DNA of 64,000 nucleotides from Candidatus Saccharimonadota bacterium (GCA_046350755.1 JAXLZV010000001.1:11510-75509), one strand, 5' to 3'; shown: positions 38,069-47,672, counted from the stretch's first letter. The notes: generated by a model from the letters alone, not told the origin. Numbers and translations: made by a program.

Positions 38069-38261
38069 TGTCAGGTACTTCTTTCAGTAAGGGATATTAC
38101 ATAATAACATTATAAACTACTCATGTCAATATCTGAATGCTATGTAGGAGTGTCCAATTTGTCTAATATACATCTGCTAAGTTCCAGACCCGAATGCTCA
38201 GCCATACAATCAGCCTTATTCAATAAGACCCGTTAGGGGTCTTTTTTGTTATGATGTCAAC

Positions 38262-38564
38262 ATGATACATGATCGATACAAGAAAGCGCGGGGTGGTTGG
38301 TCGCGAATTTTAGATATCCGCTGTGAGAACTGCGATAGTCATATTTGCTATTACCAAAAAGACGGACCCGGTCATTTGAAAAGGATGTACATTGATCGCA
38401 TGCAAGGCATTGATATCGCTGATGATACTTTGGTTTGCCCACAATGCCAGGAGACGCTCGGTGCAAAAATGATCTATAAAAAAGAGGATAGGCCAGCGTA
38501 TCGGCTGTTTGTTGGCTCGGTAACAAAAAAGATAGTAAAAACACCAATTCTCAAAGCGAAATAG
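38262..38564 (+). CDS. Hypothetical protein with two CxxC motifs
   Basis: CENC, YQKDGPG.LKRMY.DR, CPQC. Confidence 0.75.
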   Translation: MIHDRYKKARGGWSRILDIRCENCDSHICYYQKDGPGHLKRMYIDRMQGIDIADDTLVCPQCQETLGAKMIYKKEDRPAYRLFVGSVTKKIVKTPILKAK

Positions 38565-38721
38565 TCTACTAAAAACCGTAGGTACTTGTATTAAGGTTCT
38601 CGCTCGAGTACAACGCTCAGCTAAGAAGTGAGCCTGCGTATTCTTGCCCTCCTCATATAAAGCCTCCTCAGAGTGGGAGTATAATGAAGGTGTAACTTAA
38701 CTCTCTTAAGGGAGGTATTCT

Positions 38722-38895
38722 ATGGAACGTTATTCTATCGGCGGCGTAATCTATTTTCTGATCGGCGTCTTTATGGCTAGCTCGCGCGGGTATTTTGCAG
38801 ACCTAGGAACGATTCAAAACATATTATCAGCGTTATTGGCAATTATCCTCTGGCCACTCCTATTGTTTGGAGTGAATCTCAACCTAACATTCTAA
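38722..38895 (+). CDS. Small 2-TM protein (57 aa; not in the ORF track)
   Basis: GGGAGG SD; MERYSIGGVIYFLIGVFMASSRGYFADLGTIQNILSALLAIILWPLLLFGVNLNLTF. Confidence 0.7.
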   Translation: MERYSIGGVIYFLIGVFMASSRGYFADLGTIQNILSALLAIILWPLLLFGVNLNLTF

Positions 38896-39009
38896 AACCG
38901 CTGCAAATTTTTGGCTTCACAAGAAGCAAGTGTATTTGGTTATCTGAGGAGTTTTGGTCAGTATTATGATATCAGATCGGTCTAATGTTGCTGAGGCTAC
39001 AATTTGGAA

Positions 39010-40836
39010 CTATTCAACGGTAACGCTTTTTGCGAGATTGCGCGGCTGATCGATATTGAGACCGCGGGCGCGGGCTACATAATAGGCAAAAAGCTGCAAC
39101 GCCACATTATTTACAAGCGGTTGCAGCATGTCGTTGTCGATCGTCGGAACGATGATGGTATCGGTCGCTTCGCTGATTGACTGGTTAGCAATGGCGATAA
39201 TCGGTCCGCGCCGTGCATGGACTTCTGCGATATTAGCGCGCATCTTGTCGCTCAGGGCGTCGTCGGTAGCAAGCGCAATAGTCGGCATCTGCTCATCGAC
39301 GAGGGCGATAAAGCCATGCTTAAGCTCACCAGCACTCAGGCCTTCAGCGTGGGTGTACGAAATCTCTTTGATCTTGAGAGCTCCTTCGAGCGCGACCGGG
39401 TAATTATATTGTCGGCCAATATAGAGCAGACTGGGTGACTGATGATATTTCAGTGCCACCTGTTCAATTGCCTGGTGACTATCGAGTACTTTTTGGATCA
39501 TAGCAGGTAGCTGTTTAATCTTATCGAGCAGGGTTTTTATTTGCGTAAACTCAAGGCCATTACCCCGACCGAGTAAGACAGCATGCATCAAAAGAATCAG
39601 TGATTGCGAAGTGAATGCCTTGGTGCTCGCCACTGATATCTCTGGACCGATGTGATTATAGACGCCAGCGTCGGTCATGCGGGCGATGGTTGAACCGACT
39701 ACATTGACGATACCGGTAGCCAGCACATCGTGGCGCTTGGCTTCTTCGATGGCGGCGATGGTGTCGGCTGTCTCGCCAGACTGCGATAAGGCAATCAGCC
39801 AGGTATGTTCATCAATGTTATTTTTGTTGTAGCGAAATTCTGGCGACATCACGGCGGTCGTCGGTATATCGGTCAGCGTATTAAAGTAGAGCTCGCCGAG
39901 TTTGGCCGAATAGTATGACGTGCCGATGCCCAGCAGCACGACTTGTCGAATATCTTTCAGTCTGTCTCGAACATCGATCAGTCCGCCGAATTTCACCGTG
40001 GCTTGATCAAGCACGATACGCCCACGCACCGAATCTTCGATTGCCCGCGGTTGTTCCATGATCTCTTTGAGTAAGAACGAATCATAGCCCTGCTTGGTGG
40101 CTGAGTCCATATCCCAATCGATCTGAGTGATTGGCTTGGTCAGTGGTGCATTTTCAAAGCTGACAATCTCATAGTCGCTACCTCGCACGTCAATAAGCTC
40201 GCCATCCTCTAGGTAGATGACTTTTTTTGTTCGATCGATAATGGCCGACACATCGGAGGCGATGATAATCTCGTCGTGACCAACACCGACTACAAGCGGG
40301 CTTGCGAGCTTCACGCCGATCAATCGGTCGGGCTCGTCTTCGCTTATCACGCAGAGAGCGAAGGCGCCAGTCAGCTGCTTGATGGCTGCTAGCGTGGCCT
40401 GACGAATATCCCCCTGGTAGAGACTGCCTATCAGTTTTGCGACCACTTCGGTGTCAGTTTCACTATCGCAGAATATGCCTTGTGCTTCGAGCTGGGAGCG
40501 TATGGCTTGATAGTTTTCAATGATCCCGTTATGCACCAACCAGATTTTTTTATCGCTGCTGGCATGAGGGTGGGCATTTTGTATGGTGGCCGGACCATGG
40601 GTTGCCCAACGGGTGTGCGCCACACCGACAGTGCCGACATGCGCTAATGGATGCTGACTGAGAGCAGATTCGAGCTCGACGATCTTGCCGACGGCTTTTT
40701 GCGAGTAGATTTTTGATTCGGTGGCCATCGCCACACCCGCTGAATCATAGCCACGGTACTCGAGGCGCTTCAGACCGCTGACGAGGGTCTGAAGGACTTC
40801 AGACGGTGATCCACTGTAGGCGATTATTCCACACAT
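39010..40836 (-). CDS. glmS: Glutamine--fructose-6-phosphate aminotransferase
   Basis: MCGI start, RLEYRGYDSAG, HTRWATHG, SQSGETADT, PRNLAKSVTVE. Confidence 0.98.
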   Translation of the reverse strand: MCGIIAYSGSPSEVLQTLVSGLKRLEYRGYDSAGVAMATESKIYSQKAVGKIVELESALSQHPLAHVGTVGVAHTRWATHGPATIQNAHPHASSDKKIWLVHNGIIENYQAIRSQLEAQGIFCDSETDTEVVAKLIGSLYQGDIRQATLAAIKQLTGAFALCVISEDEPDRLIGVKLASPLVVGVGHDEIIIASDVSAIIDRTKKVIYLEDGELIDVRGSDYEIVSFENAPLTKPITQIDWDMDSATKQGYDSFLLKEIMEQPRAIEDSVRGRIVLDQATVKFGGLIDVRDRLKDIRQVVLLGIGTSYYSAKLGELYFNTLTDIPTTAVMSPEFRYNKNNIDEHTWLIALSQSGETADTIAAIEEAKRHDVLATGIVNVVGSTIARMTDAGVYNHIGPEISVASTKAFTSQSLILLMHAVLLGRGNGLEFTQIKTLLDKIKQLPAMIQKVLDSHQAIEQVALKYHQSPSLLYIGRQYNYPVALEGALKIKEISYTHAEGLSAGELKHGFIALVDEQMPTIALATDDALSDKMRANIAEVHARRGPIIAIANQSISEATDTIIVPTIDNDMLQPLVNNVALQLFAYYVARARGLNIDQPRNLAKSVTVE

Positions 40837-40991
40837 ATTGGGTAGTATAGCAAATCAGCGATTCGACAGTATTAGTTTTGGCAATACTCGGCTGGCATGC
40901 GGTATATGATAGTATGCAAATATGAACTGCCTGGTCATTTACTTGCGTGTACGCCTTTCCCAACAACATGGCTGCAAAGTCTAGGTTGCGT

Positions 40992-41471
40992 ATGCGCAAT
41001 AGCTTGAAGTCCTACCTTTTTGTGGCGATCCAAGCTGGCTTGCTTCTCGGTCTTGTCCTGCTACCCAATCCTGGGGTGAGGCCATCGGGCCAGGTGCAGC
41101 TGATCGGCCGGTTTTTTGAAATCAGCGGGATAGCTGTCCTACTGATAGCTATCTATGACTTGCGACGATCGCTCACCGTGATGCCCACGCCGATAGAAAA
41201 GGGGGTTCTGCAAATACGCGGCACGTACCGCTATGTTCGCCATCCGATGTATTCTGCGGTAATAATGTTGGCTCTAGGCATAGCTGTGGGGAGTGGAGGT
41301 ATCTATAAGTACGTACTGTGTGGTGGCTTAATGGTGCTCTTTCATTACAAGGCTCGGTACGAAGAACAATTATTGCAGGCTAAATATCCAGAGTATGCCG
41401 ACTATATGAAACACACCCCAAGGTTCCTCCCAGTGAGTTGGGGCAAGCATCCACCAAAGAGTACTCCATAG
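40992..41471 (+). CDS. Isoprenylcysteine/phospholipid methyltransferase family membrane protein (ICMT/PEMT)
   Basis: G.YRYVRHPMYS, EEQLL..KYPEY..Y...TPRFLP. Start uncertain (40968 or 40992). Confidence 0.85.
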   Translation: MRNSLKSYLFVAIQAGLLLGLVLLPNPGVRPSGQVQLIGRFFEISGIAVLLIAIYDLRRSLTVMPTPIEKGVLQIRGTYRYVRHPMYSAVIMLALGIAVGSGGIYKYVLCGGLMVLFHYKARYEEQLLQAKYPEYADYMKHTPRFLPVSWGKHPPKSTP

Positions 41472-41533
41472 CGCATCGGCACACCCTCAAATACCAGCCG
41501 CTCGTTATTGAAGGCTTCTGATATCATGTAGGT

Positions 41534-42040
41534 ATGAAACATGTTCGAGTCCATGAAAAGTATCAAAGCGACTACAGCTACGCTCTGACCGAGCCAGCAG
41601 GCAAAAACTTCGATCCAGCTTTCAAGCCAGACTTAACACCAAAACAAATGTTTCAGCTTGGGATCTTTGGTGGTGATTATTTCACAGAGGCACCAAAAGA
41701 GTTTCCAGCTGACTGGTTTACTGGCGTGACGTTTTCGGGCGGACGAGGTGCCGATAAGTCGCTTAACTATTTTCGCGTCAATGCTAGTCAGCCACTAAAA
41801 GTCTGGCAAGCTAATGACTGGATTTATCCCGAGGATCCGCATGGCTGGGTGCTGTGGTATTGCCGCTACTATATGGGTCGGCGCATACCTGAAGAGGACG
41901 CGCGACAGATTCGACGTTGGAAAAATATGCGACGCCATATAACGCAACTACAAAAAAGCTGCCTGCCAGGCGATGAAGCCTGCCGACCGCGTCAGCGACA
42001 AGCCTTATTGCACTGGGCCTACGATGCGCGCAAACTCTAG
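41534..42040 (+). CDS. Conserved hypothetical protein
   Basis: FKPDLTPKQM..LGIFGG.YF, DPHGW..WYCRYY.GRR, RQRQALLHWAYD; recognisable family, function unknown to me. Confidence 0.75.
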   Translation: MKHVRVHEKYQSDYSYALTEPAGKNFDPAFKPDLTPKQMFQLGIFGGDYFTEAPKEFPADWFTGVTFSGGRGADKSLNYFRVNASQPLKVWQANDWIYPEDPHGWVLWYCRYYMGRRIPEEDARQIRRWKNMRRHITQLQKSCLPGDEACRPRQRQALLHWAYDARKL

Positions 42041-42060
42041 TCGCCACGCATGAAAACTTT

Positions 42061-43410
42061 CTATACGTAGCCGTGTCGGAACACTTGCCAGAGACGCTTG
42101 ATAGTGGCCATATTCAGCGGAGTGATTGTTCTCCCACGCATTCCTTCAGCCGGTACCATTAAGCGGAGTTGCGTGGGGTACAGCGAGATAGTAACTGGTG
42201 AATCATATTTTTCCCGTTCGCCATCGACACCGACGACAATCTGACGTGACTTGCTTGTCACCCGAAAGTTGGTCGTTTCCCACTGCAAAAAATTCGTTGG
42301 CAGCTTCGAAGTGAAGAGTTGTTTGAGAGTGATCGTGGTCATGAGTTGAGCGATGGTCGTATCATCAAGCTTCGTAACCACGGTGACTTGGAGTTGCCCT
42401 GTACTGAGTGATTTGCGATGACCAAGCTCGATAAGGTTGAGCGTTTCATACGGGTTCACACCGACTAAGATTTGAATAGCCCGCCTGTGCTGCTTACCGG
42501 CTTGGTCGCGAAAGTGGAGATCATAGGCGGGCCGGTCGCCTTCTAAAATAGACTGCAAAACCTTGCGACTAGTAGCCACTTTATGATCACGATAATCTGG
42601 GCTGTCGACGATATCCGCATATAGCCCAAAAGAAGCGTTATTGAGGAATGCGCGACCATTGATGACCCCAACGCTGACAGGACGCTCAATACCGTGGAAG
42701 CTAGCCAAGGCATCAGTGATCCGCTCCGGGTCGAAACCGGCATCGCGGGCAAAATGACAGCGCGTACCTCCCGGTAGGATAACCAGCGGGAGATCGTGTT
42801 CGAGGGCGACCTTCGCAACCGCGCCTAGCGTACCATCACCGCCCGATACTCCCAACACATCAACTCCATCGGCGACCGCCTGGCGGGCCAAGCCTTCGAT
42901 TGAGTCGCCTTTTTTGGTGATAATAACCTTTATCCCAAGAGCTTTGGCGCGTTTATCAATGCCGGCCTTAATGGCTCGACCATTGCCCGATTTGGGATTA
43001 ATGATGAGCACTGGCTGACGAAAGCTCGCCGTGGACTTGGTTTTTTGGGCGATAGCCCGTTTTTGCACCCAGTACCGTTCGCGAAGAGCTTGCACGAGAC
43101 TTACATAGATCGCCCCTAGGCCAATCACCAACGCCAGGCGTCGCAGATCATTATCGCCACTCAGATACAATCCCACGCCGATTGCTAGCATGACCAGGCT
43201 GATGATGAGCAGCCCCCAGCCATACCGCTGGCGCCGTTTTGTACCAGTAAAAATCAACCAGCTACTGTACAAAAAGCCAACACTAATCGCCGCCAGCCCC
43301 AGCAATAGCCATGGTCGAGTCAGTATCGCGAGCAACACGACTCCAACCATAGCGAGAAAAGTAACTAGTGCCAGGGCCGCGGCAAATCGCCATTTTAGTG
43401 AGAGTTTCAT
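42061..43410 (-). CDS. Diacylglycerol kinase family protein with N-terminal TM helices
   Basis: IINPKSGNG, GGDGTL, LPGGT..HFARD, FLNNASFG, VDGE. Start re-assigned to 43410. Confidence 0.88.
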   Translation of the reverse strand: MKLSLKWRFAAALALVTFLAMVGVVLLAILTRPWLLLGLAAISVGFLYSSWLIFTGTKRRQRYGWGLLIISLVMLAIGVGLYLSGDNDLRRLALVIGLGAIYVSLVQALRERYWVQKRAIAQKTKSTASFRQPVLIINPKSGNGRAIKAGIDKRAKALGIKVIITKKGDSIEGLARQAVADGVDVLGVSGGDGTLGAVAKVALEHDLPLVILPGGTRCHFARDAGFDPERITDALASFHGIERPVSVGVINGRAFLNNASFGLYADIVDSPDYRDHKVATSRKVLQSILEGDRPAYDLHFRDQAGKQHRRAIQILVGVNPYETLNLIELGHRKSLSTGQLQVTVVTKLDDTTIAQLMTTITLKQLFTSKLPTNFLQWETTNFRVTSKSRQIVVGVDGEREKYDSPVTISLYPTQLRLMVPAEGMRGRTITPLNMATIKRLWQVFRHGYV

Positions 43411-43425
43411 ATAATCAATTATAGT

Positions 43426-43959
43426 ATGTCTTCCAAGCCTAAGTTTTTTCGTCGAGTCATTCACGAGTCTCCACTACTACCTGATTTTATTGCCGGGTCG
43501 GTGATAGACATCGATATTGCCGTGCTGCAGTCTCTCCATATCGGCTGCATGTTGTTAGATATCGATGATACTTTAATGGAGCGGCGTGGCGATGAGTTTG
43601 CACCAGCAATCATCCAGCATCTGGGACGCATTCGTGAGTCCGGCATTGAGCTCGTGATGGGGAGCAACACCAATCGCGACATAACTGCGCTGGCCAACTC
43701 AATTCAGGCTCGGGTGGTTGAGAAAGGCACCCGTCATTTTAAGCCAACCAAAAGATTTTTCCGCCGAATACTCGCGACCATTGAACTGCCGCCAGATCGT
43801 GTCATGATGGTGGGGGATCGAGTGATTAATGATGTCGTAGGTGCAAATCGTTCAGGTGTACAGACCATCCTAGTAGAGCCTGTTGAGCGCCACCTCGGCT
43901 GGCACTCTCAACGCTATCGGGCATATCTGATGCGTCATTCTGTCCAGGCAACAAGCTAG
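43426..43959 (+). CDS. YqeG-like HAD-IIIA phosphatase
   Basis: LLDIDDTL, SN, KP, MVGDR...DVVGAN. Confidence 0.85.
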   Translation: MSSKPKFFRRVIHESPLLPDFIAGSVIDIDIAVLQSLHIGCMLLDIDDTLMERRGDEFAPAIIQHLGRIRESGIELVMGSNTNRDITALANSIQARVVEKGTRHFKPTKRFFRRILATIELPPDRVMMVGDRVINDVVGANRSGVQTILVEPVERHLGWHSQRYRAYLMRHSVQATS

Positions 43960-44018
43960 TTCTGCCGAGGGGAAGCTATCTTTTATGTACCGATCGCATC
44001 AGCTGCTAGAATGTAACT

Positions 44019-45002
44019 ATGCCCGATGCCATCCGCGACTATGATCGCGCCAGACAACTACTCGAGATCTATCGTGGTGAGGCTGACGATTTTTTCAAAC
44101 TCTGGCCACGCGATAAGCAATTTTTCTTTTCGGATGATGGGAAGGGCTTCATTTCATACGGCATTCAGCACCATGTGGCGATTTGCATGGGGGATCCAGT
44201 CGGTGCGCCGGATTCGATCCAGCCATTACTCGAAGCCTTCACGCAATATTGCTCAGACAATAAGCTCACTGCGGCATTCATCCAGACTACCAATCGATAT
44301 CAGCGGCACTATCAAGCGATTGGCTTGCGGAGTCTCTTAATAGGGGCCGATGCAGTAATTCAGCTGGATGGTTTTGCCGAGGAGACTATGCACAATAAAT
44401 ATTTTCGTAATCTGGAAAATCGTTTTCTCAAAAATGACTATCGGTTTGAAATCTATTCGCCACCTCATAGCCAAAAGCTGCTCAGTGAACTGCGTGAAAT
44501 TTCTGAAAGTTGGCTGTCTCTGCCGCATCGTAAGGAGTGGTCATTTTTGACCGGACGCTTTGATGATGGCTATCTCCAGCAGGTGGCAATCTATGTTTTA
44601 CGTGATGCCGATGGGGTAGCTCAGGCCTTTGCCAACGACTTGCCATCCTATAAACCTGGGGTTGCCACGATCGATCTCATGCGTCATCGCGCTGACGCCC
44701 CGGCTAATAGTATCGATATGCTGTTTACTCAACTCTTTCTGCGGTGCCAACAGCAGGGCTATAGCTCGTTTAACCTTGGTCTGTCACCGCTCGATGGCCA
44801 GCCTTTCATTACAGGCTTTGCGGCTCGGTCACTCATGTTTATCTATCGCATCAGCGACAGTTTTATCGGTTTTCGCGGGTTACATCAGTTCAAATCCAAA
44901 TACGAACCCCAGTGGGAGCCACGGTATGTATGGTTCCAGGGCGGGACACTCAGTTTGCAGCCAATCGGGGTAGCTGTCGTCAAACTCTTGACCGGATCAT
45001 AA
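44019..45002 (+). CDS. Stand-alone aminoacyl-phosphatidylglycerol synthase catalytic domain (MprF C-terminal/DUF2156)
   Basis: DKQFFFS, MGDPVG, IDLMRH, FNLGLSPL, FRGLHQFKSKYEPQWEPRY; no TM domain. Confidence 0.85.
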   Translation: MPDAIRDYDRARQLLEIYRGEADDFFKLWPRDKQFFFSDDGKGFISYGIQHHVAICMGDPVGAPDSIQPLLEAFTQYCSDNKLTAAFIQTTNRYQRHYQAIGLRSLLIGADAVIQLDGFAEETMHNKYFRNLENRFLKNDYRFEIYSPPHSQKLLSELREISESWLSLPHRKEWSFLTGRFDDGYLQQVAIYVLRDADGVAQAFANDLPSYKPGVATIDLMRHRADAPANSIDMLFTQLFLRCQQQGYSSFNLGLSPLDGQPFITGFAARSLMFIYRISDSFIGFRGLHQFKSKYEPQWEPRYVWFQGGTLSLQPIGVAVVKLLTGS

Positions 45003-45088
45003 GCCTAATAATTTTGCGGCCAGCAGTATTCGAGCACACAGTATTTCAGTTGTATCTCGGGAGTATAATATAAGTAGAGGAGGTGATT

Positions 45089-45592
45089 ATGAGCTTACCT
45101 AATACTTATACGAATAAAAATGAAACCGGCTGCTGCGCTGTGCCAAATGTTGGTGCTTGGGATAAAAAGGAACTAACCTTTAAAAAACAGCAGTTCGTTC
45201 GGATGTACACCCGGAGCTTCATGTTCATGCCGCTCAATATAGCCAAGATCATGACTGCTTTGCAGAAAACTGTCGAGGAGGCTGGCGCCACGCCGCCATC
45301 GCAAGAAGTGATGATCTTAAGTCGCGATGTATCGCCCTGGAAAGCGGAGCAGCTGTATCACGTGAGCAAGCCTGTGCCGAAGGCTGATAACGTTACTCTG
45401 GATGGCACCTTTGAGTCACTCGTTTTTGAAGGCCCATATAGTCAGGCCGGCAAATGGTATAAGACACTCGAGGAATACGCCAAACAGCAAGGTCGCACGC
45501 CGGTGAAGACGTATTTTTTCTACACGACCTGCCCGAACTGCGCGAAGCACTATGGCAAGAATTATGTTATCGGCTTAGCGCAAGTCGCTTAG
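45089..45592 (+). CDS. Hypothetical protein, GyrI-like fold candidate
   Basis: TGCC, VFEGPY, YFFYTTCPNCAKHYGKNY; GAGGAGGTG SD. Confidence 0.7.
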   Translation: MSLPNTYTNKNETGCCAVPNVGAWDKKELTFKKQQFVRMYTRSFMFMPLNIAKIMTALQKTVEEAGATPPSQEVMILSRDVSPWKAEQLYHVSKPVPKADNVTLDGTFESLVFEGPYSQAGKWYKTLEEYAKQQGRTPVKTYFFYTTCPNCAKHYGKNYVIGLAQVA

Positions 45593-45621
45593 CTAGCCGC
45601 ACAAGCCTCAGTTCACCAAAG

Positions 45622-45650
45622 TTGACACTGTTTTACGAAGCTCTTATGCT
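45622..45650 (+). promoter_or_regulatory. Sigma70-type promoter of the exported-protein array
   Basis: TTGACA-N17-TATGCT, overlapped by a CTTATG/CATAAG inverted repeat. Confidence 0.65.
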
Positions 45651-45673
45651 AACAACATAAGCATAGGTAGGGT

Positions 45674-46626
45674 ATGTTACTCAACAAACGAAAAAATATA
45701 AAACTCGTCGCACGCATTCTGCCCGCGATGCTGTTTTTTTACTTGCCTTTGTTCTCGGAAATAATCATGCGGATGCTGCTGCGTGTGTACCTGGTACCGG
45801 CATGGCTACCCTCACCAACACATCCATTACCGCGCCTGCAGCTGGCAGCTATAAAGTCTGGTTGCGTGTCGCATCGGCTACGCCTTCGGCGGTGAAATCT
45901 CGGGTTGAAGTAACGCCTTCGGGAGGCAGCCCGACGTGCTTTGATGCGACCAATCCATCGCCCAACTCAACTGGTTGGCAGTGGGTGAATGTCGGCACAA
46001 CCAATTTTACCGCCAGTGGTAATACCGTAAAAATCGTCGGCGTTGATGCTGGTTTTCGAGTTGATCGCTTCTTGATAGTTGCCGCGACCACCACCTGTAC
46101 GCCAAGTAACACGCGGGTGACGAGCTCTAATCCTATCGTCGAGCCTGGTGATAACTGTATCCCGGTAACCACCACCACGCCATCAAACGGCAAATCCCAG
46201 CTTTACCGTTTCTGGAGTCCGAAATTTGATAATGAACATTTTTTCACGCTTGATACGGCTGAGTATAATACGCTCCTATCAGATTCCAACTGGGTATACG
46301 AAGGCCGAAGCTTTTCAGTCGACGATTGTAAGAGTGGTACCAAGCAGTCGGTGCATCGGTTCTGGAGTCCGAAGTTTATGAACGCACACTTCTACACAGC
46401 CAACACGGCCGAGTATCAAACACTCCTCAAGGATAGTAATTGGAAATATGAGGGCGTGTCCTTCTGCGCCGATGCCGCGTCAGCCAGTGGGAACAAGCCG
46501 GTCTACCGTTTCTGGAGTCAGAAGTTTCACAACTCACACTTCTACACGACGGATTATGCTGAGTATCAAGTATTGCTCAAGGATACAAACTGGAAGTACG
46601 AAAACATCGCTTTTTACGCCTGGTAG
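45674..46626 (+). pseudogene. Array gene A1: secreted module A plus three DUF5648-like repeats, frameshifted in a T7 tract of the signal peptide
   Basis: Adding one T at 45734-45740 joins ORFs 45674 and 45802 and gives a gapless match to the 46800 signal peptide. C-terminal YRFWS...HFYT...EY...W.YE occurs three times. Confidence 0.75.
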
Positions 46627-46735
46627 CCAACATCCCCCCAATACTCCACAGGACCTAACGTCTCCAACTAAAAGGACCGATCATCACTATGCTCACCCGC
46701 TTGACTTCTATACCTCTTAAGTTTATTCTTTTGAC

Positions 46736-46770
46736 AGATAGTAGATAGTAGATAGTAGATAGTACATAGT
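46736..46770 (+). repeat. Heptamer tandem repeat (AGATAGT)x4 + ACATAGT
   Basis: Read directly; starts at the last base of a TTGACA box upstream of gene 46800. Confidence 0.9.
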
Positions 46771-46799
46771 TATAACATCAATATATATAATGGCTCCCC

Positions 46800-47651
46800 A
46801 TGAACATCAAATCATTCGTTAAAATTATCCCAGCAGTGGCGTTTGCCCTGGTGGCTTTTGTTTTTTCTGGTAGTCACGCTAAGGCGGCTAGCTGTGTACC
46901 AGGTACCGGTATGGCGACTCTCACCAATAATGCAGTAACCGCTCCAGCCGCTGGTAGCTACAAGGTCTGGATCCGTGTCTCGGCCGCCTCAGCTCTAGCC
47001 GTCAAGTCACGAGTAGAGGTCACCCCATTGGGTGGCACGGCTACTTGCTTTGAGGTCACTAACCCAGCTCCCACCACAACTGGTTGGCAGTGGGTGAACG
47101 CTGGTACGACTACGCTGACTACAACTGGTAATACCGTCAAAGTCGTCGGAGTTGATGCCGGTGTGCGCGTCGATCGCCTGATCATGGTAGCAGCGACCAG
47201 TACCTGCACTCCGAGTAACACCCGGGTAACTACCACCAGCCCCATCACCGAACCAGGAGATAACTGTATCGTAGCTGCTCCAACCACCACGGTGACAACC
47301 ACCGTCACGCCACCACCGACTTCAACCGTCACGCCACCACCAGCCGACACCACCGCACCAGTTGGTCCAGCTAGCCTCAACGCCACCAGTGCTGGGGCTA
47401 CGCAGATCAATCTGTCGTGGCCAGCCGCCACTGACAACGTCGGTGTCACCAGCTATATCCTGACTCGCAATGGTGTGCAGATCAGTGCTGGTACCAACTT
47501 GAGCTACTCCGACACTGGCCTAACCGCTGGCACCACTTACCAGTACAAGGTAGTGGCCCGTGATGCGGCGGGGAATGTGTCGACGGGGGCAAGTGTTTCG
47601 GTCGCCACGCAAAGCGCGACGGTTACGAACCCAGCTTCAAAAACGAAGTAA
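46800..47651 (+). CDS. Array gene A2: secreted module A, Pro/Thr linker, fibronectin type III domain
   Basis: Signal peptide ending SHAKA, 126-aa module shared with A1, DTTAP..LSW.AATDNVGVT.Y FN3 pattern. Confidence 0.85.
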   Translation: MNIKSFVKIIPAVAFALVAFVFSGSHAKAASCVPGTGMATLTNNAVTAPAAGSYKVWIRVSAASALAVKSRVEVTPLGGTATCFEVTNPAPTTTGWQWVNAGTTTLTTTGNTVKVVGVDAGVRVDRLIMVAATSTCTPSNTRVTTTSPITEPGDNCIVAAPTTTVTTTVTPPPTSTVTPPPADTTAPVGPASLNATSAGATQINLSWPAATDNVGVTSYILTRNGVQISAGTNLSYSDTGLTAGTTYQYKVVARDAAGNVSTGASVSVATQSATVTNPASKTK

Positions 47652-47672
47652 GGGCGCCATAGGAAACCCTCG

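Noticed and set aside
37397-38104. 235-aa plus-strand ORF opposite the deacetylase
   Set aside because: Antisense shadow of a GC-rich gene; the minus strand carries the CE4 motifs and lipobox.
35378-38130. Prophage or integrative element at tRNA-Gln
   Set aside because: No integrase, no phage structural genes, and I found no duplicated tRNA 3' end; only small accessory cassettes.
40837-40990. glmS ribozyme upstream of glmS
   Set aside because: TATACT lies 7 nt before the ATG, implying a leaderless mRNA, and no ribozyme core is recognisable.
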